A program made the translations under genes and the position numbers. Of a stretch of DNA of 53,847 nt, positions 9,719 through 19,025 are shown piece by piece. The stretch lies in the sequence record SRR22947725_362, one strand, 5' to 3'. The notes under the pieces were generated by a model that saw only the letters and a program-made list of their open reading frames with translations, was not told the origin of the DNA and ran no database searches. Position 1 is the first letter of the stretch; every line of letters starts with the position of its first letter.

Positions 9719-10099
9719 TTACTTACGGCACGCAATACAGGAAATTTCTATCTTTACCAATTTGGGTAAGTTGGCGACTTCTACTGCTTGTCTGGCAGGT
9801 TGTGGCAGGCTGGTGAAATATTCACCATAAATTTCATTGACTGTAGAAAAATCACCAATATCACTCAAGAAAACTTCGACTTTTACGACATCACTTAAAG
9901 AACTATGAGCAGCTTTTAAGATGGCTTGCATGTTATCAAGAACTCTTCTGGTTTGTGTAACGATGTTGTCCTCGACAATTTCACCATTACTCGGATCAAT
10001 GGGAATCTGACCGGAAACAAAAATGAAACCATTGGCTTCTATAGCTTGTGAATAAGGACCTATCGCAGCAGGCGCTTTATCTGTGGAGATTTCTTTCAT
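9719..10099 (-). CDS. ridA: RidA/YjgF family reactive intermediate deaminase
   Basis: APAAIGPYSQA, SGQIP, PAR, LPK-VKIEI motifs. Confidence 0.9.
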   Translation of the reverse strand: MKEISTDKAPAAIGPYSQAIEANGFIFVSGQIPIDPSNGEIVEDNIVTQTRRVLDNMQAILKAAHSSLSDVVKVEVFLSDIGDFSTVNEIYGEYFTSLPQPARQAVEVANLPKLVKIEISCIACRK

Positions 10100-10467
10100 T
10101 AGTTGATTATGCGGTCAACCAAATCGGTGAGAAGTTGAATATTAAAGTTATCCTTGATCATCACGGCATCGAAATGCTTATGAGAAGATTCAGGGTCAGC
10201 GCCTTTGCTTAGCACTCCCAATATAGGTAGGGGGCGGGTACGGCTGTGTTCTTTAATAGTACTCTTGACTTCGTTAGCAAAATCTTCAGGGACTTCACAT
10301 TCATCAATGAGGATCATATCGATATCATTTATAGTGCTTTTGCTGAGAGTGCTCATCTCTTTTTGATCTTCGAGATAGAGGACTTCAAAACCGTCAATGA
10401 AAAATACACGGGTAAAGAAATCCTTGAGAACTTCATCGCTTTCTATTAATAAAATAGTTTTGAACAC
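10099..10467 (-). CDS. Divergent single-domain response regulator (receiver fold)
   Basis: ILLIESD, DMILID (putative phospho-Asp), LPILGVLS, MIK; 122 aa; GTG start. Confidence 0.6.
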   Translation of the reverse strand: MFKTILLIESDEVLKDFFTRVFFIDGFEVLYLEDQKEMSTLSKSTINDIDMILIDECEVPEDFANEVKSTIKEHSRTRPLPILGVLSKGADPESSHKHFDAVMIKDNFNIQLLTDLVDRIIN

Positions 10468-10576
10468 CTTGTTGCGGACCTCTATAAAAGCTAGCTGTAT
10501 TTGTTTGATATCTGTGTTAGTTTACAGGCCAAATTAGAGTTTATAAACAGTAAATGTCAAATTCAGAAGAAAAAAT

Positions 10577-12307
10577 ATGAAACTATCAAAGCTAATTGGC
10601 AATAGAATTAAAGAAACACCTAAGGATGCCCAGAGCGCCAGTCACATTTTTTTAATTAGAGGTGGATACATCCGCCCATTGTCGACCGGTATTTATACCC
10701 TTTTACCTCTAGCTAAAAGGATTATAACTAAAATAGAGAGGCTTATTCGCCAAGAAATGGACGCGATTGATGGTCAGGAAATCTCAATGCCAGTCGTTAA
10801 TCCAGCAGAAATTTGGCAAGAAAGTGGTCGTTACCAATCTGTTGACCAGACTTTATTAAAATTTAAAGATAGAAACAATAAAGACATGGTTTTGGCCATG
10901 ACTCATGAAGAAGCCGTCTGCCACTTAGCGCGAACTGAAATCACCTCTTATAAACAAATGCCCAGCATGCTTTATCAGATTCAGACAAAATACCGCGACG
11001 AGGCCAGAGCTAGAGCCGGTTTGATTAGAGTACGTGAGTTTACCATGAAGGACGCTTATTCTTTTCATGAAAGCGATGACTGCTTAGCGAGTTATTATGA
11101 AAAAGCTCATCAAGCTTATGAAAACATTTTTAGACGCATCGGGATGAAAGATGTTTTATCCATTGAAGCTGATAATGGCATGATTGGCGGTTCAGTCTCG
11201 CATGAGTTTATGGCCATTTCTGAAATCGGTGAAGATACCATTATTGTTTCACCTTGCCGTACATATCAGGCCAATAGAGAAATCGCCACCTCGCCTTTTG
11301 TTCTGAAAAATGAAGATTTACTTGAATTGGAAAAAGTTCATACACCGGACACTGAGTCAATTGAAGATGTCGCCAAACTTTTGGGGACTGAAACGTCAGA
11401 GACCAGTAAAGCGGTACTTTATGCTTCTGATGACATCGATGAATTGATTTTTGTTCTTATCCGCGGCGATATCGAAGTTAATGAAGTGAAAGTCAAAAAT
11501 TTCTTAAAAATTCACTCTCTCTACCCAGCCGATGACGAAAAGATTAAAGCTTGTGGCGCAGTTCCGGGTTATGCCTCTGCGATGGGAGTTGATTTAGAAA
11601 AGGTTAAGCTATTGGTTGACCCAACGGTTCAAGGCTCCTCGAATTTAGTGGCTGGTGCAAATGAAGCTGGTTACCATTATAAGAATTTCAACTTCACTAG
11701 AGACTGTGGTGATGTTGGTCGTGTTGTCGATGTGGCAACTGTCCGAGCCGGTGACCCTTGTCCTCAAACAGGTGCTCCGCTTGAAGAATTGCGCGGTATT
11801 GAAGTTGGAAATATTTTCCAGTTGGGCACTAAGTATTCTGAAGCGATGAATGTTAAATACCTTGACCAAAATGGTAAAGCGCAAACGGCTATTATGGGTT
11901 GTTACGGTATAGGAGTCGGTCGTGCCTTAGCTTCTGTTTGTGAACAGTCTCATGATAAATATGGGCCAGTTTGGCCTCTAGCAATAGCTCCTTATCACCT
12001 TCACATCATTGGTTTAAATGCCAAGAAAGCTCCAGAAGTTAAGGAAAAGACGAACGAAATTTATGAAAAGCTGACGGCGGCAGGAATTGAAGTTCTCTAT
12101 GACGATCGCGATGCCAAGGCAGGTTTTGCTTTTAACGATGCAGATCTTATTGGTATTCCTTATAGAATCGTTGTTTCACCAAAGACTTTGGATCAAAATT
12201 CTATTGAGTTTAAGACTCGTGATGGTAGCACCAAAGAAATGATTGATGTCGATACGGCCATTGATTATCTAAAAGATTTAATTTCGGCTAAGTTAGCAGA
12301 AGTTTAA
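10577..12307 (+). CDS. proS: Proline--tRNA ligase (bacterial type with editing insertion)
   Basis: MTHEE, YQIQTKYRDE, REFTMKDAYSF, GIEVGNIFQLG, MGCYGIGVGR, anticodon-binding domain. Confidence 0.98.
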   Translation: MKLSKLIGNRIKETPKDAQSASHIFLIRGGYIRPLSTGIYTLLPLAKRIITKIERLIRQEMDAIDGQEISMPVVNPAEIWQESGRYQSVDQTLLKFKDRNNKDMVLAMTHEEAVCHLARTEITSYKQMPSMLYQIQTKYRDEARARAGLIRVREFTMKDAYSFHESDDCLASYYEKAHQAYENIFRRIGMKDVLSIEADNGMIGGSVSHEFMAISEIGEDTIIVSPCRTYQANREIATSPFVLKNEDLLELEKVHTPDTESIEDVAKLLGTETSETSKAVLYASDDIDELIFVLIRGDIEVNEVKVKNFLKIHSLYPADDEKIKACGAVPGYASAMGVDLEKVKLLVDPTVQGSSNLVAGANEAGYHYKNFNFTRDCGDVGRVVDVATVRAGDPCPQTGAPLEELRGIEVGNIFQLGTKYSEAMNVKYLDQNGKAQTAIMGCYGIGVGRALASVCEQSHDKYGPVWPLAIAPYHLHIIGLNAKKAPEVKEKTNEIYEKLTAAGIEVLYDDRDAKAGFAFNDADLIGIPYRIVVSPKTLDQNSIEFKTRDGSTKEMIDVDTAIDYLKDLISAKLAEV

Positions 12308-12313
12308 TTTAAG

Positions 12314-12343
12314 AAGCGCTCAAGATTGATTGAGCGCTTTTTT
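12314..12343 (+). terminator. Intrinsic terminator of proS
   Basis: AAGCGCTCAA-GATTGA-TTGAGCGCTT perfect stem followed by T-tract. Confidence 0.85.
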
Positions 12344-12407
12344 ATGGACTTATTTTATTCAAAAAACAACACAAAAATAAAACATTACTTTTTTAATAAA
12401 AGATGTA

Positions 12408-12436
12408 TTTAAAGAGTGGGTCAGGCGGGGTAGAAT
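12408..12436 (+). promoter_or_regulatory. Putative sigma70 promoter of the candidate sRNA
   Basis: TTTAAA (12408-12413), 17-nt spacer, TAGAAT (12431-12436). Confidence 0.4.
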
Positions 12437-12442
12437 AAAATC

Positions 12443-12577
12443 AAGTTAGGAAGTGTACTATTTTTACTTCGCATTTGAGCCCAGGGCAGCTCAAGGGTAA
12501 AGACAGTTTCTTGCTTATTGTCTACTGTATACAGTGACTTAGTTGGGATCCGTACAAAATTGTGCGGATCCTTTTTT
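12443..12577 (+). ncRNA. Candidate structured small RNA (~135 nt), family not recognised
   Basis: Lies between a putative promoter and its own strong terminator; several short inverted repeats; no + strand ORF in the track. Confidence 0.35.
12546..12577 (+). terminator. Second intrinsic terminator in the proS-ntrC intergenic region
   Basis: GGATCCGTACAA-AA-TTGTGCGGATCC (one U-G pair) followed by TTTTTT. Confidence 0.8.
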
Positions 12578-12588
12578 GTGTTGGAGGT

Positions 12589-12617
12589 TTTACAAAGAGC
12601 ATACCAGAGCTTAGCTT
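12589..12617 (+). promoter_or_regulatory. Putative sigma70 promoter of the NtrC-family gene
   Basis: TTTACA (12589-12594), 17-nt spacer, TAGCTT (12612-12617). Confidence 0.35.
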
Positions 12618-12648
12618 TAAGAAATGATTTTTGAGTAACTGTTTCTGC

Positions 12649-14025
12649 ATGAGTAAAATTCTTCTTATAGATGATGATCGCATTTCATTGACCTTGATCT
12701 CCCGCATGGTTGAATCAATGGGCTATGATTATGTCGCTGTTCAAGATCCGCGTCAGGGTTTGGAGCTTCTAAAGCAAGAGAAGTTCACAGTCGTTGTGAC
12801 CGACTTGATGATGCCTGAAATTGACGGTTTGGAAATCTTAAAAAGATCCCTTCGTTTTGATAAAACTCTTCAGGTTATCTTAGTAACGGCAGCCAGTGAG
12901 TTAGGTCCTGCTATTGAAGCCATGCGCGCCGGAGCTGCCGACTACATACAAAAGCCATTGCGTTTAGAGCAAATTCAAGCGGCCTTAGTCCGTGTTTTCG
13001 AAAAGAGAAAATTGGTTGATGAAAACCGCCAGTTAAAGGCCAGGCTCGACCAGTATAAAAATCAGTACGATATCATTGGCCGTAGTGACGCCATGCAGAA
13101 AATCTTTCAGACCCTTGAGCGCGTGGCAAATACGAATGTCAGTGTTCTTATCCACGGAGAGAGTGGAACAGGTAAGGAGATGATCGCCAAGGCCATCCAT
13201 AAAATGAGTCAGAGAAGTCACCGGCCGTTTGTTGGCGTCGATTGTGTCGCTATTCCAAAAGAGTTATTTGAAAGTGAACTATTTGGCTATGAAAAAGGTG
13301 CTTTTACCGGAGCTCAGGGCCAGAGAAAGGGCCTATTGGCAGAAGCGAATACAGGTACGTTCTTTTTTGATGAAGTAACAGAAATTGATTATGCCGTTCA
13401 AGCTAAGCTTTTGCGGGTGCTTCAAGAGAGAAACTACCGGCGTGTTGGGGGGCGAGAGCTTCAAGATCTAGATATTCGAGTGTTGGCAGCCACTCGTCGA
13501 GATCCATTAGCTGCCGTTGAGCAAGGGCTTTTCCGAGAAGACCTTTATTATCGTTTAAATGTTCTTCCGATTGAATTGCCCCCACTGCGGGAACGCCGTG
13601 AAGATATCCCGTTAATGGTCGAAACTTTTATTAATGAGTATCGAGTTGAATACAATACAGAAATGGATATCGAACCGGAAGCTTTGCTAAAAATACAGAC
13701 TTATAATTGGCCAGGCAATGTCCGAGAGTTGAAGAATATGATCACTCGTCTGTGCGTTATGGCAACCAATTACCGAATAACACCGAACGATCTTCCAGAT
13801 GACATTCGCGATTATAATCGCTCCGATTTCAATTTCGAATGGCTCAGTAATCTGAAATTTAAAGATGCCAAAGAAAAATGGCTCGAAGGCTTTGAAGTCA
13901 AATACATGGAGTTCGTTCTTAAGCGCTACAATGGCAACCTCTCAGAAGCAGCACGTAACAGTGGCGTCAACCGCAAAACCTTTCAGCGCCTCATGAACAA
14001 GCACGGCCTTAAAGCAGAAAATTAA
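12649..14025 (+). CDS. Sigma54-dependent NtrC/AtoC-family response regulator
   Basis: Receiver (LIDDD, TDLMMP, YIQKP), AAA+ domain (GESGTGKE, GAFTGA, FFDEV, FREDLYYRL, WPGNVRELKN), Fis-type HTH; ATG 12649 preferred. Confidence 0.93.
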   Translation: MSKILLIDDDRISLTLISRMVESMGYDYVAVQDPRQGLELLKQEKFTVVVTDLMMPEIDGLEILKRSLRFDKTLQVILVTAASELGPAIEAMRAGAADYIQKPLRLEQIQAALVRVFEKRKLVDENRQLKARLDQYKNQYDIIGRSDAMQKIFQTLERVANTNVSVLIHGESGTGKEMIAKAIHKMSQRSHRPFVGVDCVAIPKELFESELFGYEKGAFTGAQGQRKGLLAEANTGTFFFDEVTEIDYAVQAKLLRVLQERNYRRVGGRELQDLDIRVLAATRRDPLAAVEQGLFREDLYYRLNVLPIELPPLRERREDIPLMVETFINEYRVEYNTEMDIEPEALLKIQTYNWPGNVRELKNMITRLCVMATNYRITPNDLPDDIRDYNRSDFNFEWLSNLKFKDAKEKWLEGFEVKYMEFVLKRYNGNLSEAARNSGVNRKTFQRLMNKHGLKAEN

Positions 14026-14099
14026 TATAACTTGTCATATATTTATAAATCCCTTGCACTGCCATAAACATTTCCCTAAAACATACCCGACTCCCAAAT

Positions 14100-14156
14100 A
14101 TTCCTTGCAAGGAATTAAATCTTGAATTACATTATCGTTACCATTGGAAACGATAA
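14100..14156 (+). promoter_or_regulatory. Putative glycan-locus promoter overlapped by two inverted repeats
   Basis: TTGCAA (14105-14110), 17 nt, TACATT (14128-14133); perfect 16-bp palindrome ATTCCTTGCAAGGAAT at 14100-14115; TTATCGTT...AACGATAA at 14132-14156. Confidence 0.5.
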
Positions 14157-14232
14157 GCGTCAATTTAAGCAAAAAAGTGTCCCCTTGACGGGGCGAAGCC
14201 TGTTTGGGTAATGAAGTCTAAGGAGAATATAA

Positions 14233-15243
14233 ATGTTTGATAATAAGTCAATTTTAATAACGGGGGGAACTGGCTCATTTGGTAAGCATATGATTCGCAA
14301 AATTTTGGACGAATATAGCCCACGGCGTCTTGTTATTTTTTCTCGTGACGAGTTGAAACAGTTTGAGATGCGTAGCGAATTCCCAGATCATGGCGATTCA
14401 ATTATACGATATTTCATAGGTGATGTCAGGGATAAAGAGCGACTTGTACGTGCTTTTCAAGGAATAGAGATAGTTATTCACGCCGCTGCACTTAAGCAAG
14501 TCCCTGCAGCAGAGTACAACCCGATGGAATTTATAAAAACGAATGTTTTAGGGGCTGAGAATGTCATTTCTGCTGCTTTAGATACTGATGTTGAGAATGT
14601 GGTGGCTCTTTCGACCGATAAAGCTGCGGCTCCAATAAATCTTTATGGAGCGACCAAGCTATGTTCTGATAAGCTTTTTGTAGCAGCCAATAATATAAAA
14701 GGTAAACGAAAGATTAAGTTTTCTGTTGTACGCTACGGTAATGTGATGGGGTCAAGGGGATCTGTAATTCCTTTTTTTCTTAAGCAACGGAAAACAGGTA
14801 AATTAACTATTACTGACGAACGCATGACGCGTTTTAATATTTCCCTCGACGAAGCGGTCGACATGGTTTGTTACGCAGTGGATAAAGCATGGGGCGGTGA
14901 GATTTTTGTACCGCAAATCCCGTCATACAGAATAACCGAACTTGCCGAGGCCGTTGCTCCGGATTGTGAAGTGGAGGTGGTAGGTATTCGTCCCGGTGAA
15001 AAAATCCATGAAGAGATGATTACCGAGGCCGATTCCTTTACGACGGTAGATTTGGGTAATTATTATGCCATTCTTCCTACTAAACCGTACACTTGGACTC
15101 ACGGGGATTATTTAAAGAAAAATAAGTGTTCATTTGTGGAACAGGGTTTTACAGTTGATTCTGGAAAGAATAAGCAGTGGCTGACTACAGATGAATTGCG
15201 TCAATTGATAAAAAAACTTGTTGATCCCGAATTTCATGTCTAA
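14233..15243 (+). CDS. pseB: UDP-GlcNAc 4,6-dehydratase (inverting)
   Basis: TGGTGSFG, SRDELKQ, HAAALKQVP, ALSTDKA, YGATK, RYGNVMGSRGSV, GIRPGEKIHE. Confidence 0.95.
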   Translation: MFDNKSILITGGTGSFGKHMIRKILDEYSPRRLVIFSRDELKQFEMRSEFPDHGDSIIRYFIGDVRDKERLVRAFQGIEIVIHAAALKQVPAAEYNPMEFIKTNVLGAENVISAALDTDVENVVALSTDKAAAPINLYGATKLCSDKLFVAANNIKGKRKIKFSVVRYGNVMGSRGSVIPFFLKQRKTGKLTITDERMTRFNISLDEAVDMVCYAVDKAWGGEIFVPQIPSYRITELAEAVAPDCEVEVVGIRPGEKIHEEMITEADSFTTVDLGNYYAILPTKPYTWTHGDYLKKNKCSFVEQGFTVDSGKNKQWLTTDELRQLIKKLVDPEFHV

Positions 15244-16393
15244 GAACAATGAATTTATTCCCTATGGCCGTCAGGATATTTCAGAAGAAGATATCCAGGC
15301 GGTAGTAGAGGTCTTGGGCTCAGACTTTCTGACTCAGGGACCAAAAGTTCCTGAGTTTGAGAAGGCTGTGGCCGATTACTGTGGCGCGGCTTATGGCGTG
15401 GCAGTTAATTCTGCCACGTCAGCATTGCATATAGCCTGTTTAGCCTTGGGAGTGGGTGAGGGAGATGTGGTATGGACTTCTCCGATCACCTTTGTAGCAT
15501 CAGCCAATTGCGCTTTGTATTGCGGTGCGACTGTAGATTTTGTGGATATTGATCCTTTGACGATTAACATGTGCCCTTTAGAGCTTGAGCGAAAACTGCA
15601 GAAGGCCGAGAGCAACGAAATGCTTCCCAAAATAGTCATTCCCGTACACTTTGCAGGCCAGTCTTGTGATATGCAGCAAATTCACGAACTTAGTTTGAAA
15701 TATGGATTTAAAATTATCGAAGATGCTTCTCATGCCATTGGTGGAAGTGATCTCGATCAAAAAGTAGGGTCCTGTAAATATTCAGACATTACAGTATTTA
15801 GTTTTCATCCCGTCAAAATTATAACCTCTGCCGAAGGTGGTATGGCGATGACGAATGATAAAGAATTAGCACAAAATATGGATTTATTTCGTTCTCATGG
15901 TGTGACGAGAAATGAAAGCCTGATGAATGGAGAAAATGAAGGTGACTGGTATTATGAGCAGGTAGACTTGGGCTTTAATTACCGCATGACAGAACTCCAG
16001 GCTACTTTGGGTTTATCTCAACTTAAACGGCTTAATGACTTTGTAGAGAAGCGAAATCAATTAGCAGGAGTTTATAAAAATGAGCTTAAAAGTCTCCCGC
16101 TTAGTTGGCAGCAAGGCAGTAATGACGTTCAGAGCGCCTACCACCTATTCGTGATTAAGCTGGATGATCCTTGTAAAAGAAAAGAGTTGTTCGAATTTTT
16201 AAGAGTAAATAATATCGGTGTCAATGTGCATTATATACCGGTTCATACGCAGCCATTTTACAGAAAATTAGGTTTTAAGCGGGGTGATTTTCCAGAAGCT
16301 GAAAGTTATTATCGTAAGGCAATTTCTTTGCCCTTATTCCCGAAATTAAAAGACTTAGACAAGGTCGTGTCGAGCTTGGGAGCTTTATTGTGA
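15236..16393 (+). CDS. pseC: UDP-4-keto-6-deoxy-sugar aminotransferase of the pseudaminic acid pathway
   Basis: IPYGRQ, LTQGP, NSATSALH, EDASHA, FSFHPVKIIT, VHYIPVH; follows pseB; ATG 15236 preferred. Confidence 0.93.
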   Translation: MSKNNEFIPYGRQDISEEDIQAVVEVLGSDFLTQGPKVPEFEKAVADYCGAAYGVAVNSATSALHIACLALGVGEGDVVWTSPITFVASANCALYCGATVDFVDIDPLTINMCPLELERKLQKAESNEMLPKIVIPVHFAGQSCDMQQIHELSLKYGFKIIEDASHAIGGSDLDQKVGSCKYSDITVFSFHPVKIITSAEGGMAMTNDKELAQNMDLFRSHGVTRNESLMNGENEGDWYYEQVDLGFNYRMTELQATLGLSQLKRLNDFVEKRNQLAGVYKNELKSLPLSWQQGSNDVQSAYHLFVIKLDDPCKRKELFEFLRVNNIGVNVHYIPVHTQPFYRKLGFKRGDFPEAESYYRKAISLPLFPKLKDLDKVVSSLGALL

Positions 16394-17082
16394 AGCTTTG
16401 TGTTATTCCTGCACGTGGAGGGTCAAAGAGAATCCCTCGCAAGAACATAAAAATTTTCTGTGGCAAACCAATGATTGCTTATTCCATTGAGGCGGTGAAA
16501 AGATCTCAAGTTTTCGATAAAATTATAGTATCGACTGATGATGAAGAAATCGCAGAAATCGCTAGACAATATGGTGTCGAAGTGCCTTTTACGCGCCCGG
16601 AAGAATTATCCAATGACTTTGCAGGAACAACTGAAGTTATTGCTCATGCGATTAACGAAATGAGTCGAATGTATACAATAGAAGATGTATGCTGTCTTTA
16701 TGCAACGGCACCTTTTGTGAGGGCTGATGACATTATTGATGCCTATAAACTTTTCAAAACTTCAAAAAAGATCAAATATTGTTTTTCAGCGACTTCCTTT
16801 GCCTTTCCAATACAAAGAGCGATTAAATTGAACGAAGATAGACAGGTAGAAATGTTTGAACCTGAGAATTTTTTGAAACGTTCACAGGATATGGAGGAGG
16901 CCTTTCATGATGCAGGTCAATTTTACTGGGGACAAGCACAGGCATTTTGTGATAATGAGATAGTCTTCGCCGCTCACTCAAGAGCTTTTGTTCTTCCTAG
17001 GCATAGGGTTCAAGATATTGATACCCTAGAGGATTGGCAACGGGCGGAGTTAATGTATAAGGTTTTAGAGCGAATAAATTGA
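16390..17082 (+). CDS. pseF: Pseudaminic acid cytidylyltransferase
   Basis: IPARGGSKRIPRKN, VSTDD, LYATAPF, RSQD, DAGQFYWG, VQDIDT. Confidence 0.93.
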   Translation: MKLCVIPARGGSKRIPRKNIKIFCGKPMIAYSIEAVKRSQVFDKIIVSTDDEEIAEIARQYGVEVPFTRPEELSNDFAGTTEVIAHAINEMSRMYTIEDVCCLYATAPFVRADDIIDAYKLFKTSKKIKYCFSATSFAFPIQRAIKLNEDRQVEMFEPENFLKRSQDMEEAFHDAGQFYWGQAQAFCDNEIVFAAHSRAFVLPRHRVQDIDTLEDWQRAELMYKVLERIN

Positions 17083-18140
17083 ATATAGTTTTCCGAGTTG
17101 ATGCATCGATCGAAATGGGCAGTGGGCATGTAATGAGGTGTCTCACCTTAGCTGATGAGTTGAAAATGAAAGGGGCCCAATGCGAGTTTATTAGTCGTGG
17201 ACATGAAGGACATATGGGCGCTTACATTCAAGAGAAAGGCTATGATCTTCATTTGTTGCCTATAACAGCCGGTGAAGTCAAAAAAGACTTGAGTTTAGCC
17301 CATGCAGACTGGCTTGGCACAACGCAGGATGAGGATGCTGCCGCATGTATGCAGCTTTTGTCGAAAAGAAGAATCTCGTGGTTAATTGTAGATCACTATG
17401 CCATAGATAAAAATTGGCATCAGAAACTACGTCCCTTTACAGAGAAAATCATGGTTATAGATGATTTGGCAGATCGTGAACACGATTGTGACCTGTTATT
17501 GGATCAAACGTTTAGACGCAATGAAACGGATTATGAACCTTTAGTACCAATTACATGCCAGATTTATTGTGGTTCCACTTATGCGCTTTTACGCGAGGAG
17601 TTTTTACAGTATCGTCAGAAATCTCTACAGCGCAACCGAACACTTGATAATGTGAATCAAATCCTCATTTCACTTGGAGGTGTGGATAAAAGTAATGATA
17701 CCTTAAAAATCCTAAAACAGCTTGAACCCTTTAATGGTAAATTGATTGTGGTTCTTTCTTCACAGTCACCCAATCTCGAGACAATTCGCTCCTTTAGCTT
17801 AAATGATACACATATTAAGCTCATTGTGGATTGTCGCAATCTGGCAGAGATTATGAGCGAGGTGGATTTGGTGATTGGAGCTTCTGGTACCAGTACATGG
17901 GAGAGATGTTGTCTTGGTGTACCAACACTCATGATTGTTATCGCGGAAAATCAAAAGAAGGTTGCACAAGAAGTTTCCGCTGTAGGAGCGGTGCAATTGA
18001 TCAATATTGAAGATGTTGGAAAAGCAGTTCAAAATATTGGAGGACTGGATGCTATGTCTAAATCAGCATCGCTAATATGTACTGGTTTGGGAGTAAAAAC
18101 AATAGCCCGGAATATTGACTGTAGTGATATCCACAAGTAA
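17079..18140 (+). CDS. pseG: UDP-sugar hydrolase of the pseudaminic acid pathway (no fused PseH domain)
   Basis: FRVDAS-MGSGHVMRCL, IVDHY, VIDDLADR, LGGVD, GTSTWERCCLG, AENQ. Confidence 0.9.
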   Translation: MNIVFRVDASIEMGSGHVMRCLTLADELKMKGAQCEFISRGHEGHMGAYIQEKGYDLHLLPITAGEVKKDLSLAHADWLGTTQDEDAAACMQLLSKRRISWLIVDHYAIDKNWHQKLRPFTEKIMVIDDLADREHDCDLLLDQTFRRNETDYEPLVPITCQIYCGSTYALLREEFLQYRQKSLQRNRTLDNVNQILISLGGVDKSNDTLKILKQLEPFNGKLIVVLSSQSPNLETIRSFSLNDTHIKLIVDCRNLAEIMSEVDLVIGASGTSTWERCCLGVPTLMIVIAENQKKVAQEVSAVGAVQLINIEDVGKAVQNIGGLDAMSKSASLICTGLGVKTIARNIDCSDIHK

Positions 18141-18191
18141 TTGTTAAGTTCTTTGTGTAAGGTTAAAAATTGAGGTCTTTGGAGTGTTAAG

Positions 18192-18944
18192 ATGAATAAT
18201 AGTAATGAAGTTAAGAAATTTTGGAACGAAAGGGCAAAGTTAGGGGTTAATGCAGGATCAAATGATTTTTTACTTAAAGAAATAGAAATTGAAGCTATTA
18301 TGAAACACATGAAGCCAGGGCTAAGGGTGCTAGAGTTTGGTTGTGGTAATGGCATGACGGCTTTAGAAGTAGCCAAACGCTACGATGTTGATATTGTGGC
18401 GTATGACTATGCAGAGGAGATGATTAAAGCGGCTAAAGAAAATTTGCAGGCAAGTAAGCTCAAAGGTCGTGTAGAGTTTAAAGTTGGCAATGTTTTAGAC
18501 GATAGTAATGAGCAGTTTGATTTAATTTATACTGAAAGGGTACTGATCAATCTTGCCGACTGGGGACAGCAAAAAGAAGCAATTCTAAAGTTGGTTTCTA
18601 AGTTGAAGAATGGTGGTAAGTATATTATGTGTGAAAACAGTCAGGACGGACTTGATAAAGTAAATATACTCAGAAATTCTCTTGACTTAGAGAGTATTCA
18701 CAAGCCATGGCACAATGTCTACTTCGATGAAAATGAATTATTCAAATTAGCGAATGAAATTGATTTGATAGATGTTGAGCATATAACTTCAACTTACGCC
18801 TTCTTGAGCAGAGTTATTAATGCCGCTTTGGCTAAAGAATTGAATGAAGATCCTAAATATGATGCACGGGTCAATCAATTGGCAACTCGATTACCTATTT
18901 TCGGTGAAATCGGCCAGACTAAGATATGGGTGTGGGGGAAGTAA
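18192..18944 (+). CDS. Class I SAM-dependent methyltransferase
   Basis: VLEFGCGNG, AYDYAEEMI, FDLIYTERVLIN. Confidence 0.85.
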   Translation: MNNSNEVKKFWNERAKLGVNAGSNDFLLKEIEIEAIMKHMKPGLRVLEFGCGNGMTALEVAKRYDVDIVAYDYAEEMIKAAKENLQASKLKGRVEFKVGNVLDDSNEQFDLIYTERVLINLADWGQQKEAILKLVSKLKNGGKYIMCENSQDGLDKVNILRNSLDLESIHKPWHNVYFDENELFKLANEIDLIDVEHITSTYAFLSRVINAALAKELNEDPKYDARVNQLATRLPIFGEIGQTKIWVWGK

Positions 18945-19025
18945 GAAGGATTTTTCATGCTTGAAATCAGTGGTTGAAAAATTGGATTGGCAGGGGAATC
19001 GCTTTAAGGTAAAGGAGGATAAGCT

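Noticed and set aside
12524-12535. ACTGTATACAGT as a LexA SOS box
   Set aside because: CTGT and ACAG are 2 nt apart rather than 8, and it is not upstream of a repair gene
14026-14232. Sigma54 -24/-12 promoter for the glycan locus driven by the adjacent NtrC-type protein
   Set aside because: No TGGCAC-N5-TTGC with correct spacing found on either strand; a sigma70-like pair fits better
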